A stretch of DNA of 64,000 nucleotides from Octopus vulgaris (GCA_951406725.2 OX597825.1:12090001-12154000); one strand, 5' to 3'. Counted from the stretch's first letter, positions 12,202-27,269 are shown. Numbers and translations are program-made. The notes: generated by a model from the sequence alone, not told the origin.

Positions 12202-13172
12202 GATGTACGCACAACAGATTAAGCTGTTGGATAAATAAAATTTCCTTGCATCGGGCTACAAGTAACCTTAAATGCTAAGAATTCTCCTAACTATTCTAGC
12301 TGTCCCTAATATTCTAGCTGTTTCCTGGGGCCGTACTAAACTGGGTTTTGTGCCCATTTCTGCAATATATCTATTCAAATCTTTAGGAATATTTCCCAAT
12401 GCACCTATAACTACAGAGATACATTTTACTCACACTTTCCATAGACTCTGTAACACAATGTTTAGATCGTGATACTTTGCCATTTTCTCTTTGCCTCTCA
12501 TACTGACATTATTTTGGCTTGTAAAATCAATTATCTCACACTTTTTTTCTCCTTGTCTACTACTACTGAATCAAGCCTTCTAGTCCCAAGTGAAAGTCTC
12601 ACAACATCTTATATTTTTTACTTTCTAGTACTTTACTAAGTTTATGTTCATACCATTTATCATTATGGTCAAATCCTAGCTCAGTGGATTATTCTCACTA
12701 GGTTGTCATGTTTTTTCTTGTATTCTTTCTCTACCATCATGCTAAATTCACTTACTATACAAGTAACTCTTACCTTTTTTGACTTGCATAACCTACATTG
12801 GGAATCCACTTGGTTTTTTTTTTTTTTTTGTCTATCTTGGCTTTTATCCAATTAGATCTTGTGCTACTACTAATAAACTTTCTGTCTTCCTTTTCAGCCT
12901 TGCTTTCTGCAAACCATAACCATGTTTCACTATTACTATTTCCTGCAATTATCTTTGAGAATCTACCATGCACAGCCTTCACTTACCATTCAGATAATCT
13001 TTCTTCGTTTTTTCTAGCTTCTAACTTCATTTGGCTTTTCGGTTTCCTTATGTCCTACCGTGTTTTTAGCCGCTCTTAATAAACTTTTTTCACTATTACC
13101 TATACAGGAGACTACATCTACTCTAGTTCACACCACACAGTCTTCTAATGATATTAATCCCCTTCCAAGTAC
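12202..13172 (-). mobile_element. R4/Dong-clade non-LTR retrotransposon 3' end (zinc knuckle + restriction-like endonuclease), pseudogenised
   Basis: Minus-strand fragments VHGRF..TWLW, WIKAKIDK, IVSE..KEYKKKHDNL..IH*, KWYEHK, VVIGALGNIPKDL, ILGTARIVRRIL*, then a short 3' UTR and (TAA)n. Confidence 0.85.
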
Positions 13173-13189
13173 CTTTATTATTATTATTA

Positions 13190-13405
13190 TTCAGCGGCAA
13201 GCTGGTAGAATCGTTAGCACGTCGTGCAAAATATTTGACGGTATTTCGCCTGTCTTGGCATTCTGAGTTCAAATTCCACCGAGGTCGACCTTGCCTTTCA
13301 TCCTTTCGAGTGCCTATGAAATAAATACTAGTTGACCGCTGAGATCGATGTAAACGACTTAACAGCTCTTCCTAAACTGCTGGCCTTGTGCCAAAATTGG
13401 AAATC
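13190..13405 (+). mobile_element. SINE family A, alternative tail (CTGGCCTTGTGCCAAAATT)
   Basis: Family A head and body; tail shared with 26340-26550. Confidence 0.8.
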
Positions 13406-13479
13406 ATCATTATATCATTATTAATAATGTTATTATTATTAGTAGTAATAATGATAATAATAACAATAATAATAACAAA

Positions 13480-13539
<60 letters not shown>

Positions 13540-13540
13540 G
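13405..13540. repeat. (AAT)n/(ATT)n microsatellite
   Basis: Direct reading. Confidence 0.9.
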
Positions 13541-13928
13541 ATATCAACAGTATGCCAAAATTGAATATTGAAAAAGAGATCAGCAATAAGTCCATTTCTC
13601 CTTTCCGTGTAAAAGTATGTTTGTCAAAACTCTCTTCGTCCGTACAAACTTTACGATGAATTCATCTGTAATCGATAAACAGTTCATGAATGCAAGCAAA
13701 CCAACGGAAATTACATCGCATTGATAACGAAGAATGTTAGCTATCTGTGTGCATTATACTGCCTGTCCAAACATTTGCACTGAGGACAGTTCCATGTAGC
13801 GCTGCTAATGGTGTCTGAATGTGCAGATGGTTGACGTTGGCATTATTTACAGTCGATGGGAAACTTTAGAAGACTTTCAAGAAATGCTATATGCTTAAGC
13901 AAATGTTATTCGATATATAAATATATGA

Positions 13929-13984
<56 letters not shown>

Positions 13985-14006
13985 ACACATATGTATGTGT
14001 ATATAT

Positions 14007-14062
<56 letters not shown>

Positions 14063-14122
14063 GTATGTACTATGTATCTCTCTTTCTCTCTCTCTCTAGA
14101 TATATATATACCTATATATATC

Positions 14123-14153
<31 letters not shown>

Positions 14154-14190
14154 ATATATATATATATATATATGCATATTTATATAAATG

Positions 14191-14239
<49 letters not shown>

Positions 14240-14662
14240 ACATACATAAATATGTGTCTGTGTGTCTGTATGTATTTGTGTGTGAGCGTGAGCGTGTGTG
14301 TGTATATATGTATAGCGAAAGTTCCATATTTTTCTTTCTTATATTCCGCTTCAACATATTGCACGTATTCTATTGTTTTAATAAGTTTTCCTTACACGAG
14401 GTATTTTTTATTTTATTTTATTTTACTTTCTTGGAATGAGAAAGAATGTTGCCCTTCTTTCCTCCTCCGTGTTGTATTTTATTTTATAATTTACATTGTT
14501 TTTTATTATTTTATTTAATAACTTGAAAAAACAGATTCTTTTTTTCTTTTTCTGTATAACTTGTCCAGTGTAATGGAATATATGAGTTTTTATGTTTTCC
14601 ATCGCTGAATCGATGCACACATAAAAGAGCAGCAATAAGCGAATAGCTGCTGCTGGTTTTGG

Positions 14663-14695
<33 letters not shown>

Positions 14696-14713
14696 CACTA
14701 CTAATGCTACTGT

Positions 14714-14970
14714 GGAGGCGCGTGGCTTAGTGGTTAGGGTGTAGGCGTCATGATCATAAGATTGTGGTTTCGATTCCTGAATCGGGCGGCGCGTTGTGTT
14801 CTGGAGCAAAACACTTCATTTCACGTTCGTCCAGTCCACTCAGCTGGCAAAAATGAGTAACGCTGCGATGGACTGGCGTCCCGTCCAGCTGGGGAACACA
14901 TATGCCATTGAAACCGGGAAACCGGACCCATGAGCCTGGCTTAGCTTTAAAAGGGCGTATTTATTATTTT
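14714..14970 (+). mobile_element. SINE family C head with V-domain-like body and tail, inserted in (CTA)n
   Basis: GGAGGCGCGTGGCTTAGTGGTTAGGG...GGTTTCGATTCC head; body GCGATGGACTGGCGTCCCGTCCAG resembles V-SINE domains (recalled); (CTA)n on both sides. Confidence 0.85.
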
Positions 14971-14973
14971 TAA

Positions 14974-15038
<65 letters not shown>

Positions 15039-15474
15039 GAATAATAATAATAATTCTTTCAATTATTGGAACAAGGCCTAGAATTTCTCAGGATGTGACT
15101 GTTTTTATCCACTCCTTTGCACAACGGCTACATATATTATTGACCTCGATAAGAGGAAAGCAAGGTCGGCCTCGGCAGAATATGTTTTGTACGTTTCGTC
15201 CAAAGTGTTAACCACAGACCACAGACATTTTACTATGCGCGTCGTTTGCTATCTTTGTTCTTGTATAGCTTGTCCAGTTAGAGCAACTATTATTTCTTAT
15301 TTGGTTACCCCAAGAAAATATCAAAAATGGCTAATAGTTTCCTTAAATTCTGCTTTTTCTTACATTTATTCAAACCACGATGCATCTCCCTCAATACTTG
15401 ATTGTGATGTTCTTTCACTACTCCCGTTCATAATCGGTGATGCACATAATGTCAATTACTGAAGGATATTAAAA

Positions 15475-15854
15475 GGAAAGACCTGTATGCTGGAGAATTT
15501 TCCTGATAAAGCAAAACCCTTTTCGTCGGTTTTCCTGAGAATCAGTTCTTCCTAGCCTTTCGTATGCGCCTCAGCAATTTGGCATAGCACTTTCCATTGA
15601 ATGAGTGGCCCCTTTGAAGATAGTCAGTAAGCACAAAGCCTTTTTCATCGTCGAAAACTGAGGGCATCACACTCCTTCAATACGAAATTACCTTGGCCTT
15701 CTTTAGAGTCTCTTTGTCTTTGGCGTAAAGTATTGAATCCATCATTCATCCTGGCTCAGGAAATGCCCAAGTAAACCAGCCAGGTCTGCCTCAAACAATT
15801 TCAATTTTCCCCATGATGTTACCAGCCTGGTGCGCTTTTGAACAGGTGTCAGAA

Positions 15855-15855
<1 letters not shown>
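15475..15855 (-). mobile_element. mariner (DD34D-type) transposase remnant
   Basis: Minus translation LLTPVQKRTRL..LFEAD..FLSQDE*WIQYF.PKTKR and KKAKV..VMPSVFDDEKG..DYLQRG..YAKLL..VLLYQENSPAY, with stops and a deletion. Confidence 0.88.
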
Positions 15856-15907
<52 letters not shown>

Positions 15908-15934
15908 CACACACACACTCACACACACACACAT

Positions 15935-15987
<53 letters not shown>

Positions 15988-17204
15988 CACACATTGTATA
16001 TTATCGTAGCTATACCTAATTTGTGTAAGTATTCTTTGTTTATAAAAATCTATTTTATATGAAAAAGGAACATAGATCATACATTAAATGGTAGGATTAA
16101 CGTATTTCATTTACAATACACATTAACGTCTGCAATATCAATCACTTAGGTTGGCATTAGTTTAAAAGCTCTACAGACAATTTTCTGATATTATCTATTC
16201 AGTCGCCCAGAATAGCGATAATTTGTTTTACAAAGCATAATATATTTCCGTACTGTTCAGCAATCTAAATTCTAAATGATTAATTAAAACCATTTCAAAT
16301 ACGAGTAGCATATTTTTTTTTCTTTCTGTCAATGTATCTTTATTCGTTCTGAAAGTGTGTTTGCAAAGTCAATATTCCTAACAAGTTAGCATAGTGCTGT
16401 CATTGAAACCGGCATATGAGAGAATATTTATTTCTCTTGTGGATATAGTTGTAAAAGTTTACCAAAACTTCGTTTCAAGAATTCCTACGAACACAACTAT
16501 TACAATAAAACAAAAAGATGTACAAATTAAAATCTTTAGAAATTACATAATTTCCATCATTCAAGTTTAGATATAAATTCTATAAGTTTTCGAAGCTGGG
16601 CATGATAAAAACTCGGGCATACATTCACTAAATATAAATGAATGACAACTACAATGGATTCAATAAGCGATGCGATAGGCTATACACTAGCTATGATTTT
16701 ATTAAATTTTAGAAGATTGTCTTCGTAAGAAAATACCATGTCAATCATAGGCAGGTTTAAGACGAGCGTATAGAAACATAATTAATTGTAGTATTGTAGT
16801 ATAAAGGTATGAGGATTCCATGAATAGAAGTCTGTTTAAAATCAATCCTTAAGGGTTACAATACCAGTTGAACATAGCTGTCATTTACAGCAAAGGGCAG
16901 AGATTATATTCAGAATAAAGGAAACACAGCCTGAAATACATACAGATTGACTAAATCTACGCTTAATACTCAAACAAATGTCGGTCTTCATAAGTTTAGA
17001 ATCCCGACACACATGATACCAAGATTGTTTACATGTACCTTGGAATTTTTGATATTAGGGAGAAGAGAATTTCGATCGGATTTTTTGAGGATATAATGAC
17101 CCTGACGCATCTTCATGCATTGCGCTATTTACTGCTATCTTCGTTATTTTGGATTGAATTTTTTAATGTTGATATTTTATTATGATAAATTTGTTTCCTA
17201 ATGT

Positions 17205-17527
17205 TCTCTTTTACTCGTTTCAGTCATTTCACTGTGGCCATGCTGGAGCACTGCCTTTAGTCGAGCAAATCGACCCCAGAACTTATTCTTTGCAAGCCTA
17301 TTATTTATTCTATCAGGCTCTTTTGCCGAACCGCTAAGTTACGGGGACGTAAACACACCAGTATTAGTTGTCAAGCGATGTTGGGGGGATAAACACAGGC
17401 ACACAAACATATAAACACACATACACACACATATATATATACACATATATAAGACGGGTTTCTTTCAGTTTCCGTCTACGAAATCCACTCACAAGGCTTT
17501 GGTCGGCCCGCAGCTATAGTAGAAGAC
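17205..17527 (-). mobile_element. SINE family B, 5'-truncated
   Basis: Reverse complement of the family B body and tail. Confidence 0.88.
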
Positions 17528-17557
17528 AGCTGCGTATATATATATATATATATATAT

Positions 17558-17660
17558 AGCTAATCCAAAGAAGAAAACACAAAAAAACACAGCAACGGAG
17601 GACGTGGAACAAATATAGTATTGTTGGACGCTCAGGAAAGAAGAGAAGAAGGAGGGTTTA
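17558..17660 (-). mobile_element. Penelope pLTR-like fragment in (TA)n
   Basis: Minus strand TAAACCCTCCTTC...TTCCTGAGCGTCCAACAATAC resembles the sequence following the hammerheads at 3039 and 60298; (TA)n on both sides. Confidence 0.45.
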
Positions 17661-17664
17661 TATA

Positions 17665-17785
<121 letters not shown>

Positions 17786-18804
17786 AATTTGTGTATAAAT
17801 TAAAGGAATGTTATAGGTGTGTGTATGTATCTATCTATGTATGTATGAATGCCTCTGGTGTATCTCTGTATGTGCATATGTTTCTGCATGTTTTTACATC
17901 TTGTATGTTGAGTCAAATATATAGTGATGCCTTCTTTATATCAGCTTACAGTTGCAATAGTTAATCTTCTTCCAAATATTTACGTTAATGCGGCGAAAGA
18001 ATATTCTCACATACATGATTACGGTTTATAGTTAGTAAAATACATTGAATGATATTGCAACGAGTATACTTGTTAACGTTTCTTTCACTTCTATACTTTC
18101 AATTACTAACGTTTCACGTTCAAAATATCTCGAACATCTTATTACCATGACAACAGAAGGATACATAAAATTATTTTTTTATTGTATTTTCTTCATGATA
18201 TTTCTCTGAAAAACATCTTGGTTTAGAGGTTTGCTGCTTCAGTTACATTAAGCCCTGTTTATTTTCCAACCGTAAAATACTGGATAAGAGTGGCACTTAG
18301 CCCTAATTATTAGTATTTGTGCTGTTATATTAGTCTAGCTTCGGATCAGTACCGACCGACTAGGATTGAACTTTGAATGAAGTTGCTCTCATTACGACCA
18401 TCTCAACTGTTTAGACTGCAGTTCATCATTTGATAGAAGATATCCTTGATACTTTTAATGTACGGAGATAACCTGAGAGATTTTATTCCTATATTGTGCA
18501 TTTTCTTATTGCGTTTGAAGTAATTTATCGAGCGGAGCATAAAAAAACTTCCGTGGAGGAAATATATTCTTATGAGATATTAGTTTTATGTCATTTCTTA
18601 AAAAGGTTGATGTATGTTTCCGTTATGCTCCTGCTGGAACTGAAATTCCTTTTAGAGTATATTGCTTAAAAGCAGTTATAAAGTAACAATATGTATATCT
18701 TATATATTTCAAGTCGCAGATTTGGAAATAAAAAGACTCAGTATCCAGAAACATTTAATAATATCCTTTAAGAGCATATAGCTTAAAAGCAGTTATAAAG
18801 TAAT

Positions 18805-19221
18805 CTTTTATCTTTTATCTTTTACTTGTTTCAGTCATTTGACTGTGGCCATGTTGGAGCACCACCTTTAATCGAGCAAATCGACCCCAGGACTTATACT
18901 TTGTAAGCCTAGTACTTATTCTATCGGTTACTTTTGCCGAACCGCTAATTTACGGGGACGTAAACACACCAGCATCGATTGTCAAGCGATGTTGGGGGGA
19001 CAAACACAGACACACAAACGTATACACACACACAAATATATATATATATATATACATATATACGACAGGCTTCTTTCAGTTTCCGTCTAACAAATCCACT
19101 CACAAGGCTTTGGTCGGCTCGTGGTTATAGTAGAAGACACTTGCCCAAGGTGCCACGCAGTGGGACTGAACCCGAGACCATGTGGCTCGTAAGAAAGCTA
19201 CTTACCACACAGCCACTCCTG
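18805..19221 (-). mobile_element. SINE family B, full length
   Basis: Complete head to tail on minus; interrupts a local ~116-bp tandem duplication. Confidence 0.92.
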
Positions 19222-20454
19222 ATGAATATCTTACATATTTCAAGTCACAGACATGGAAATAAAAAGACTCAGTGTCCAGAAACACCTCATAGTACTGAAC
19301 TACTTTTGTCTAGTATTTTGTACTTTATACAGAGCTCACACACGAAAACATCCCCACAATTACCTATTAAATTAAACGATCACACAAACAGGCACCAATG
19401 CACAAGCTCGCAGATGATGCTTTACAGCTTAATACCTTAATATATAATGAAAACAAGCAGAGAGACAGACAGACAGGTACACATATTGCTTGTTTGTTCG
19501 TGTGCGTGTGTTTGTAAAATCAACCAAGGGACTATAACTGATTGGATACATAATGGAAGTTAATAAATTATAGCTGATTAAAAATTATTTCATTATGTTA
19601 ATGTTGAAAGAGTGATAGCAGGAGTAAAAAAACAAACAAGAGGAGAACAATCAGACAGGCAAAAGGCAAAAAGAAAATTTACGACATTAGAGGATCATTT
19701 TTTTCTGGTTGGGACAGCTCATGAATATTTCCTTGCTAAAATTTCTGCATCTCACAGGACTTATTTCAAATCAGGTTGCCTGCACTTTCTGCTGTGTTAC
19801 GGTTGCTTCTGGATACTTTTACGTAACAATTTCATTATTCAACGATTTTCTAATCACTACGCAAACAATATTAATTAATAAATGCTATGTAGCTCACTGC
19901 AAATTATCATTTAGCTTTCATACCGAGCCTGTTTCTGGTTTTTTCACTGTTCTTATCTCTTGTACACATCCATTTACTATAATTTAATATAGAATATATT
20001 TATTTTGCGAAGGGTCATACTAATTTATTATTTCAGTTCTGTTTGAAATATTTTGTAACAATCCCATATTAGAATAGCATCGACATATATAGATTTAATA
20101 GGCGGTCAAATATTTCTTACCTCACGAATGTTGCTAAATCTATTTCTCGTTCTCCATATTTGATATAAGAATAACATAGAATTTTAATCTTTTTCTCTTA
20201 TATTTAAAACACATGCAAATCCATCAATTCTACTTCTAAAGGTCATCAGTTAACTTCTAAACGTTATCAGTGCCTTCGAATGTTGAAAAAAAATGTAACC
20301 TAGCGCTTACGAAAATAAGTGAGGTGAAGATTTCCTACTACGTATATGCGGGATGATCTGTCAGCTATTTAGGTCTACCAAACTGTGAATATAACGATAT
20401 ATATTTAGCGAAAACTTTATAACTATTAATTTATTGCACGTACATATATGAATT

Positions 20455-20670
20455 AGTGAAGACACATGGCCTAGTGGTTAGGGCAACGGACTCTCGGTGG
20501 AGGGATTGTTGGTTCGTATCTCAGAGCAGGTGATGTATATTTTTATGAGCAAAACACCCAAGCTCCACTTGGCTTCGGCAGAAGGTAATGAAAAACTTCT
20601 GCTGATTCCTTCGCCTGAAGTTTCTCTCACTCTTGCATCTAGCAGCTCATCTGCGACAGTTCGGCATCAT
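20455..20670 (+). mobile_element. SINE family D, highly diverged
   Basis: TGGCCTAGTGGTTAGGGCAACGGACTC...GAGCAAAACACCCAAGCTCCAC. Confidence 0.65.
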
Positions 20671-20835
20671 GATGTAGGCCAAGGAAACTGAGAAAGAACA
20701 AACAACAACAGCATATATAAATTATCGACGACTCATTTTCAGTGAAAAGTATAAAATAAATATATAAACTACACACACACGCATATATACATATATATAT
20801 ATAAATGCGCGTGTGTATGTATGTATGTATATGTA

Positions 20836-20875
<40 letters not shown>

Positions 20876-21877
20876 CAGAGAGAGATAGGTAGACAGAAAT
20901 ATCGGTAGATATAAATATAGACATACACACACAGACACACACACACACATATACACACACATATATTGGCATATACGTGTGCGTTTGCGTGTGCCTGTGT
21001 GTGTGTGTGTGTGTGTGTTTGTGTGTGTGATTTGCCGTTTAGTTACACAATTCTACTTTACCTTTTCTCAATTCATGGCGTTTAAGTATTTTGAATTATA
21101 TACGTTTCTTTTCTTATATCTGTCTCTCAAAGTATCTAACTACAACATTCGGCTCTTCATCTTTTTCCTGCCTTCTCCTTTTCTTCTCTTTACGTACTCA
21201 CCTTATTTTTACTATATCTATTTCCTATATTGCCTACGCAGGTGTGTTCCATGCGTTTCCCTTGTTTCGAAAATAATTCCGTTTGTTCCTATGTCCGCAC
21301 AAATTGGAAATCTAACAATAATGCTGTCAGTATAGCATTAGAAAATAAAAACAAGAATATTCTTTGACACAAACTTTTATTAGTATGTAAAATAGTTTAC
21401 TTTCTTTTCGGCTTCTTCGGAGTGGTGGTTGCTATTCTATTGAAATTCAATAATCTTGTTTATATACCTTGTCAAATTGTTTTAATGAGTTCAGCTGTAA
21501 AACATAATGCAACTGTAAAATCACTGAATTAATTATGCAACACTACTAAATAATAAGTTAACATTTAAATAAAATAAGAATGCTGCACAAATTCAAATTT
21601 TATTTCCTAGCGGTTTCCTTAGATGTAAATTAGCTTCGTGGTAGTCATTAAATTTACTCTATAATAAGAATTTTTTAACCACATATCGTTCTTTGTTAAA
21701 TATTTTCTAATGCTTTATCGTTTTCTAAAATATATTTCTATTAACATGTGTCAAATAGTTTCAAATACTGTTTTTTTTCTTACACAATCTCTTTGAATGT
21801 GTCTTTAAGTTTATCAGGTTTTATGGATTTTTTTCTCATTTGATAAATATATTTCTCTCTCTCTCTCTCTCTCTATA

Positions 21878-21927
<50 letters not shown>

Positions 21928-21929
21928 AA

Positions 21930-22240
21930 AGTTGGCAGAATTGTTAGAACGTCGGGTGAAGTGCTTAGTGGTATTTCGGCAGAAACGTTAGCACGCCGGG
22001 CGAAATGCTTAACAGTATTTCGTCTGCCGCTACGTTCTGAGTTCAAATTCCGCCGAGGTCGACTTCGCCTTTCATCCTTTCGGGGTCGATAAATTAAGTA
22101 CCAGTTACGCACTGGCGTCGATATGATCGACTTAATCCGTTTGCCTGTCCTTGTTTGTCCTTTCTGTGTTTAGCCCCTTGTGGGTAATAAAGAAATAGGT
22201 ATTTTCCCTGTCGCTACGTTCAGGGTTCAAATTACGCCAT
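21930..22240 (+). mobile_element. SINE family A with duplicated head and partial second body unit
   Basis: Two GGCAGAA..GTTAG heads, one body, then AAAGAAATA-GGTATTT restart of a body. Confidence 0.85.
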
Positions 22241-22242
22241 GG

Positions 22243-22282
<40 letters not shown>

Positions 22283-22459
22283 ACACGCGTGTTGTCTCTG
22301 CGTGTGGCTAAGAAATTTGTCATGCATTTAATCGTATAGCCTTCCACAGCAGCCCTGGACCTACTGTGAGGGAATTTGGTAGAGAAGTTTGTTCACAGAG
22401 TGTTTGGTATAGCTCTCTTTGTCTCTCTTTGCCTTTCCATCTCTATTTATCTCCGTCTT

Positions 22460-22735
<276 letters not shown>

Positions 22736-23659
22736 CTTGTATAGTCGTGTGAGGAGGTGCGCCCTTCGCTTAAATAAGTACCAGATTTAATCTTAAGTAA
22801 TGTAGCTGACGTGCTGGATTAATCTCTTCAAATTAGTGCCCCAGCATCGTTACAGTCCAATGACTAAAACAAACAGAGTGATAGAACAATATGCATATTT
22901 CAGAATTTACACATACTTTCGAGCAACAACATTACACAGTCTTCATTTCGTTTTAAATTTTGGCAAGAGCGATATTCTTTGGATCTAAATATGTTAATAG
23001 GAGTTGTTTTTAATTTATTTACTACGATCTTATTTCCTTTTATCCGAAATTTAAAATCCCGTGGAACACGAATATGCACCTTCAATTTTGATTATCAAGA
23101 ATATCAAAAAGATTGTAATTAATCAATAAAAAACAACATGTGCTTCATTTACATTTTATAATTGTAATCCACGATTAAACTACATTTGTCGCAAGCTATA
23201 TAATTTTATTTTTTAGTAGAGTCTCATATTTAACATAATCATTAAGAAAGCTTTTCATCTGACATTTTACACAAAAGAAAGACCTGTTTCAAAATAGTAT
23301 TAATTGAATTGTTATGTTTAAAGCTTTGCGCAAGGTGTGCACATCCTTTCATGAAAAGAATTTTTATACGTTTCCCTATTTTATGATTATAATTATAATT
23401 ATAATTATTAACATTAAATGTCGATGGACGGAACAAATCATTTGAGTGGCAGACGAAAATCTAGCCTGGCGTTTATTTATGTTGCTTTACGATCTGACTC
23501 TAATGAATCATACTGAAGTTCATTACGCCGTTCACCGGAACGGAACTATCTAAATAATCACAAATAAAGTAACAGCTTTCTCAAAAATTTCCATTATACT
23601 AAAACTCAAAATATTCTTGGTTTTAAAGTGTTATTCGAAATTATCATTACCATCATCAA

Positions 23660-23922
23660 CCATTGTTGCTGTTGTTGTTGCTGTTGTTGTTGCTGTTGTT
23701 GTTGTTGTTGTTGTTGTTGTTCTTCTTCTTCTTCTTCTTCTTCTTCTTCTTCTTCTCCTCCTCCTCCTCCACCTTGTTGTTGCTCTTGTTGTTCTTGTTG
23801 GTGTTCTTCAATTTCGTCTTGTTCTTCTTCAATTTCTTTTTCTTCTTCTTGTTCTTGATCTTGTTGTTGTTGTTGTTATTGTTGTTGCTGTTCTTCTTCT
23901 TTTTCTTCTTCTTCTAATAATA

Positions 23923-23961
<39 letters not shown>

Positions 23962-23990
23962 TTTATTATTATTATTATTATTGCTGTTGC
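23660..23990. repeat. compound trinucleotide repeat (GTT/CTT/AAT/ATT)
   Basis: Direct reading. Confidence 0.95.
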
Positions 23991-24024
23991 TGTCTTTTGC
24001 TGTTTTCGGTATTGTTGCAACTAT

Positions 24025-24420
24025 TGCATGCTGTAAAAGTTAATGGAGATTAACTTATGACCACAATTCCATGAATTGTTCTTAAGATTCTTGCGGAATA
24101 CTGGATTGTTCTTTTCGGCACCTCTCAGTTCGACGATGCGAGTTCCAATTCCAGTATCCTTGAGCCTCCTGTGTAGCAGCTTCGGACTTTTGTAAATTAC
24201 ACACACATTAGCAGACAAATAATTGATGCTTTAGTCTTCCATCTTTGCGATTATATCCTGATATTTCCGAGTTGCTTAAATTTCTGGTTTGCCCGCCCGA
24301 TTTCTATATGGTATTTCAAAGCCTATAATCTTATACTGTGCTTTTATTTTCTGGTCGTTATCTATATTATTTTGCTTATTTGTCGTCTTAACAACACGTA
24401 CTAGATTTCTCTCCTGAAGT
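24025..24420 (-). mobile_element. second R4/Dong-type LINE 3' end remnant
   Basis: Minus translation YKIIGFEIPY..RKYQDI, PKLLHRRLKDTGIGTRIVEL, TIQYSARILRTI (RLE C-terminus), followed by a TAA-containing microsatellite. Confidence 0.7.
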
Positions 24421-24950
24421 TTTGTTTAATATCTAAACACGTTTTCATTGTTAGTATTTATTATTTTAGTGTTAAGCTACCCAAGATCCCAGTGCGTTGG
24501 CCCATTCACTTTCTTCTTGCCCAGTAGATATCACGTGATTGTCACTGATTTCGTCACTGTAGATATGTCAACTGTATCACCAATAGCTGTTTGTAACAAT
24601 AGCAAAAAAAAGAAAAACAAAAACAAAATTTACAAACATAACTGTATGATCAGTAACCGATAGCAAAAGCAGCAGTCGTAACGGAAACGGAAACTGAGCC
24701 ACGAAAAACTATTTCTTTTTATTGGATCATTCTACGTCACTCTTGCAGCCAAAAAGAAATCATTATTATAATCATTATTAAGGCGGCGAGCTGGCAGAAT
24801 CGTTAGAACTGACAGGAATTTTGTAATATGTCGAAGAGAATAATTAGATCATTTTTTAAATTGTTGCAAATCGTACTTGAAAACAGGGAAGAAATATGAA
24901 ACAATTACAGAAAATACATGAAATGAAGTTTCGACTAGGGTGCAATATTT

Positions 24951-25336
24951 ATTTCCCACTAGGGGCTAAATATAGAGGGGACAAACAAGGACAGACAAAG
25001 GGATTAAGTCGATTAAACGACCCATGAACGTACCTGGTACATATTTAATCGCTTCCGAAAGGATGAAAGGCAAATTCGACTTCGGCGGAATTTGAACCCA
25101 GAACGTAACGGCAGACGAAATACCTATTTCTTTACTACCCACAAGGGACTAAACACAGAGAGGACAAACAAGGACAGACAAAGGGATTAAGTCGATTATA
25201 TCGACCCCACTGCGTAATTGGTACTTAATTTATCAACCCCGAAAGTATGAAAGGCAAAGTCGACCTCGGCGGAATTTGAACTAAGAACGTAATGGCAGAC
25301 GAAATACTGCCAAGCATTTCGCCCGGCGTGCTAATT
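24951..25336 (-). mobile_element. SINE family A, head plus 2 body units
   Basis: Two tandem bodies on minus; possible TSD TGCAATATT near 24942 and 25345. Confidence 0.88.
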
Positions 25337-25597
25337 ATTCTTCCAGCTCGACGCCCTAGGAGGATGCAATATTGACATCATAAGCCACAATAGCAGTTGG
25401 CAGCAAGAAAAGAAGCATGGAATTCTGGCAGGATCATGGAAAAAAAAAACAAGCAAGCAAGGAAGAAAGAAAGAAATCCAAATCTAATGTAAATGTACCC
25501 GAGGCTATTTTTGATTGATTATATGTTTTTTTAAGATTCATTTTAGTTGCTAATGTAGTCCGGAATAATAGCAGCCTCATTAATAACATCAACTATA

Positions 25598-25660
<63 letters not shown>

Positions 25661-26339
25661 GTACGTTTGTTTGCTATTCATGATGTTATTCTCGCTGAAT
25701 CTTGAGTCCATGCTTCAGTTTATCCTTCAGTTATTTTGCTTCATTTAATTATTGATGAAATTAATTTCTATTTTAGTTGAGATTGAGAAAAAAAAGAAGA
25801 AGAAAAACGACTAGAAAAACTATTTCTAATTCAAACCCATTAAAAAAATTTCTTTATTACGAAATTCTATTTCTGTTCACAGCTAATTGCTGCTTGAAAT
25901 CCATTAATTTTTTTCTCGTTCTATTTTTTATTTTTTTTTGCATGTCAGTTAAGGTAAAACACCATTGGATACAGGGAACCTTATTGTGATCGTTTAATCA
26001 GCTAGAAAGAGCAGCCAAGTTATCTCTATATCAAACTCCAAAATAGGAATGTACTTAATCAAATGACAGAAACTGAGATGGATTTTGGGATAACTGGAAC
26101 GACTTGAGACGAATGGAGGGGCTTTAGTTAAATTGTTAAAACACAGCAACCAGGTATTCCTCATTCTTATAAAATCGTCTCAAAAACAACAACAATAATA
26201 CCTGCAGATCTGAGATTGTCATCAGAAGTGGATTAGTGCAGTTATCTCCCCTAGTGAATCTTTGAATTACTGCGATTTTCGTCCAAGGTAACGAAAAATG
26301 ATTATGGGAAAAATGAAACTGATATCAAAGAAGCATGAA

Positions 26340-26550
26340 GGTTCTGGCAAAATCGTAAGAACGCTGGGCAAAATTGCTTAGCGGCATTTTGTCCGCCGTT
26401 ACATTCTGATTTCAAATTCCACCAAGATTAAATTTCCCTTTCATCTTTTCGGTGCCGACGGAATAACTAGCAGTTGAATCCTGGCTCTTTATAATCGAAT
26501 TACTCCCTCCCACAAAATTGCTGGCCTTGTGCTAAAATTTGAAACCAATG
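26340..26550 (+). mobile_element. SINE family A diverged copy, alternative tail
   Basis: CTGGCAAAATCGT...TTCAAATTCCACC...CTGGCCTTGTGCTAAAATTTGAAACC. Confidence 0.7.
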
Positions 26551-27269
26551 TCAAAGAAGTTGTTTGTCTCATTGTTTATGCTGTACATGCTAAGACAGAC
26601 ATAATATTCTTATTATTAGTTATTATATTCATTACTGATTCGAAACGAATTTTCTGATTATTAAAAAGACTATGTTTGAACATATTCCGAATGGCATAGA
26701 GAAACGTAAAACAAATATATTGAGTGAAAATAGCGTCTCGTTCCTGACTCTTGGTTAATACAACGTCGACGCTACCTCGCGGAAACGTGTAAATATATTA
26801 ATATTCCTCTCCATCTAAACAAAACATCTGCGCATAGACATATTTAATGTGTAGTGGAAAATAATATTTAGGCTCTTATATTTAATGTGTATTTTGAGTA
26901 ATGAGGAATCCTCCATCGGTTTTGGCGATGAGCATTTCGTTGTTAGATTTTCTGGACCAGCTACTCACCAAAGTAACGTGTAAATGACTGAGTGAGCATT
27001 CTACCGATACTCACACTTCTAACGAAATTCTTTGGTCGTAAGCAGTGTGAAGCAATTTCAAACCATGTTCGGTCTATGAAATGCATATTTATCTACACAG
27101 TTTCACTCAATCCAAAGGCATTAAAATATCTTAGAGTGATCAGACGCTATTGTAACTAAAACCTTTAGAAAATACATCCTGTTTAAGATAGAACGTTATG
27201 TGATCAAACCCTTATAGTCTGAGACGTGATTGCGTTCACTTAATTTCCCTTTAATTAATTGCATTTCGG

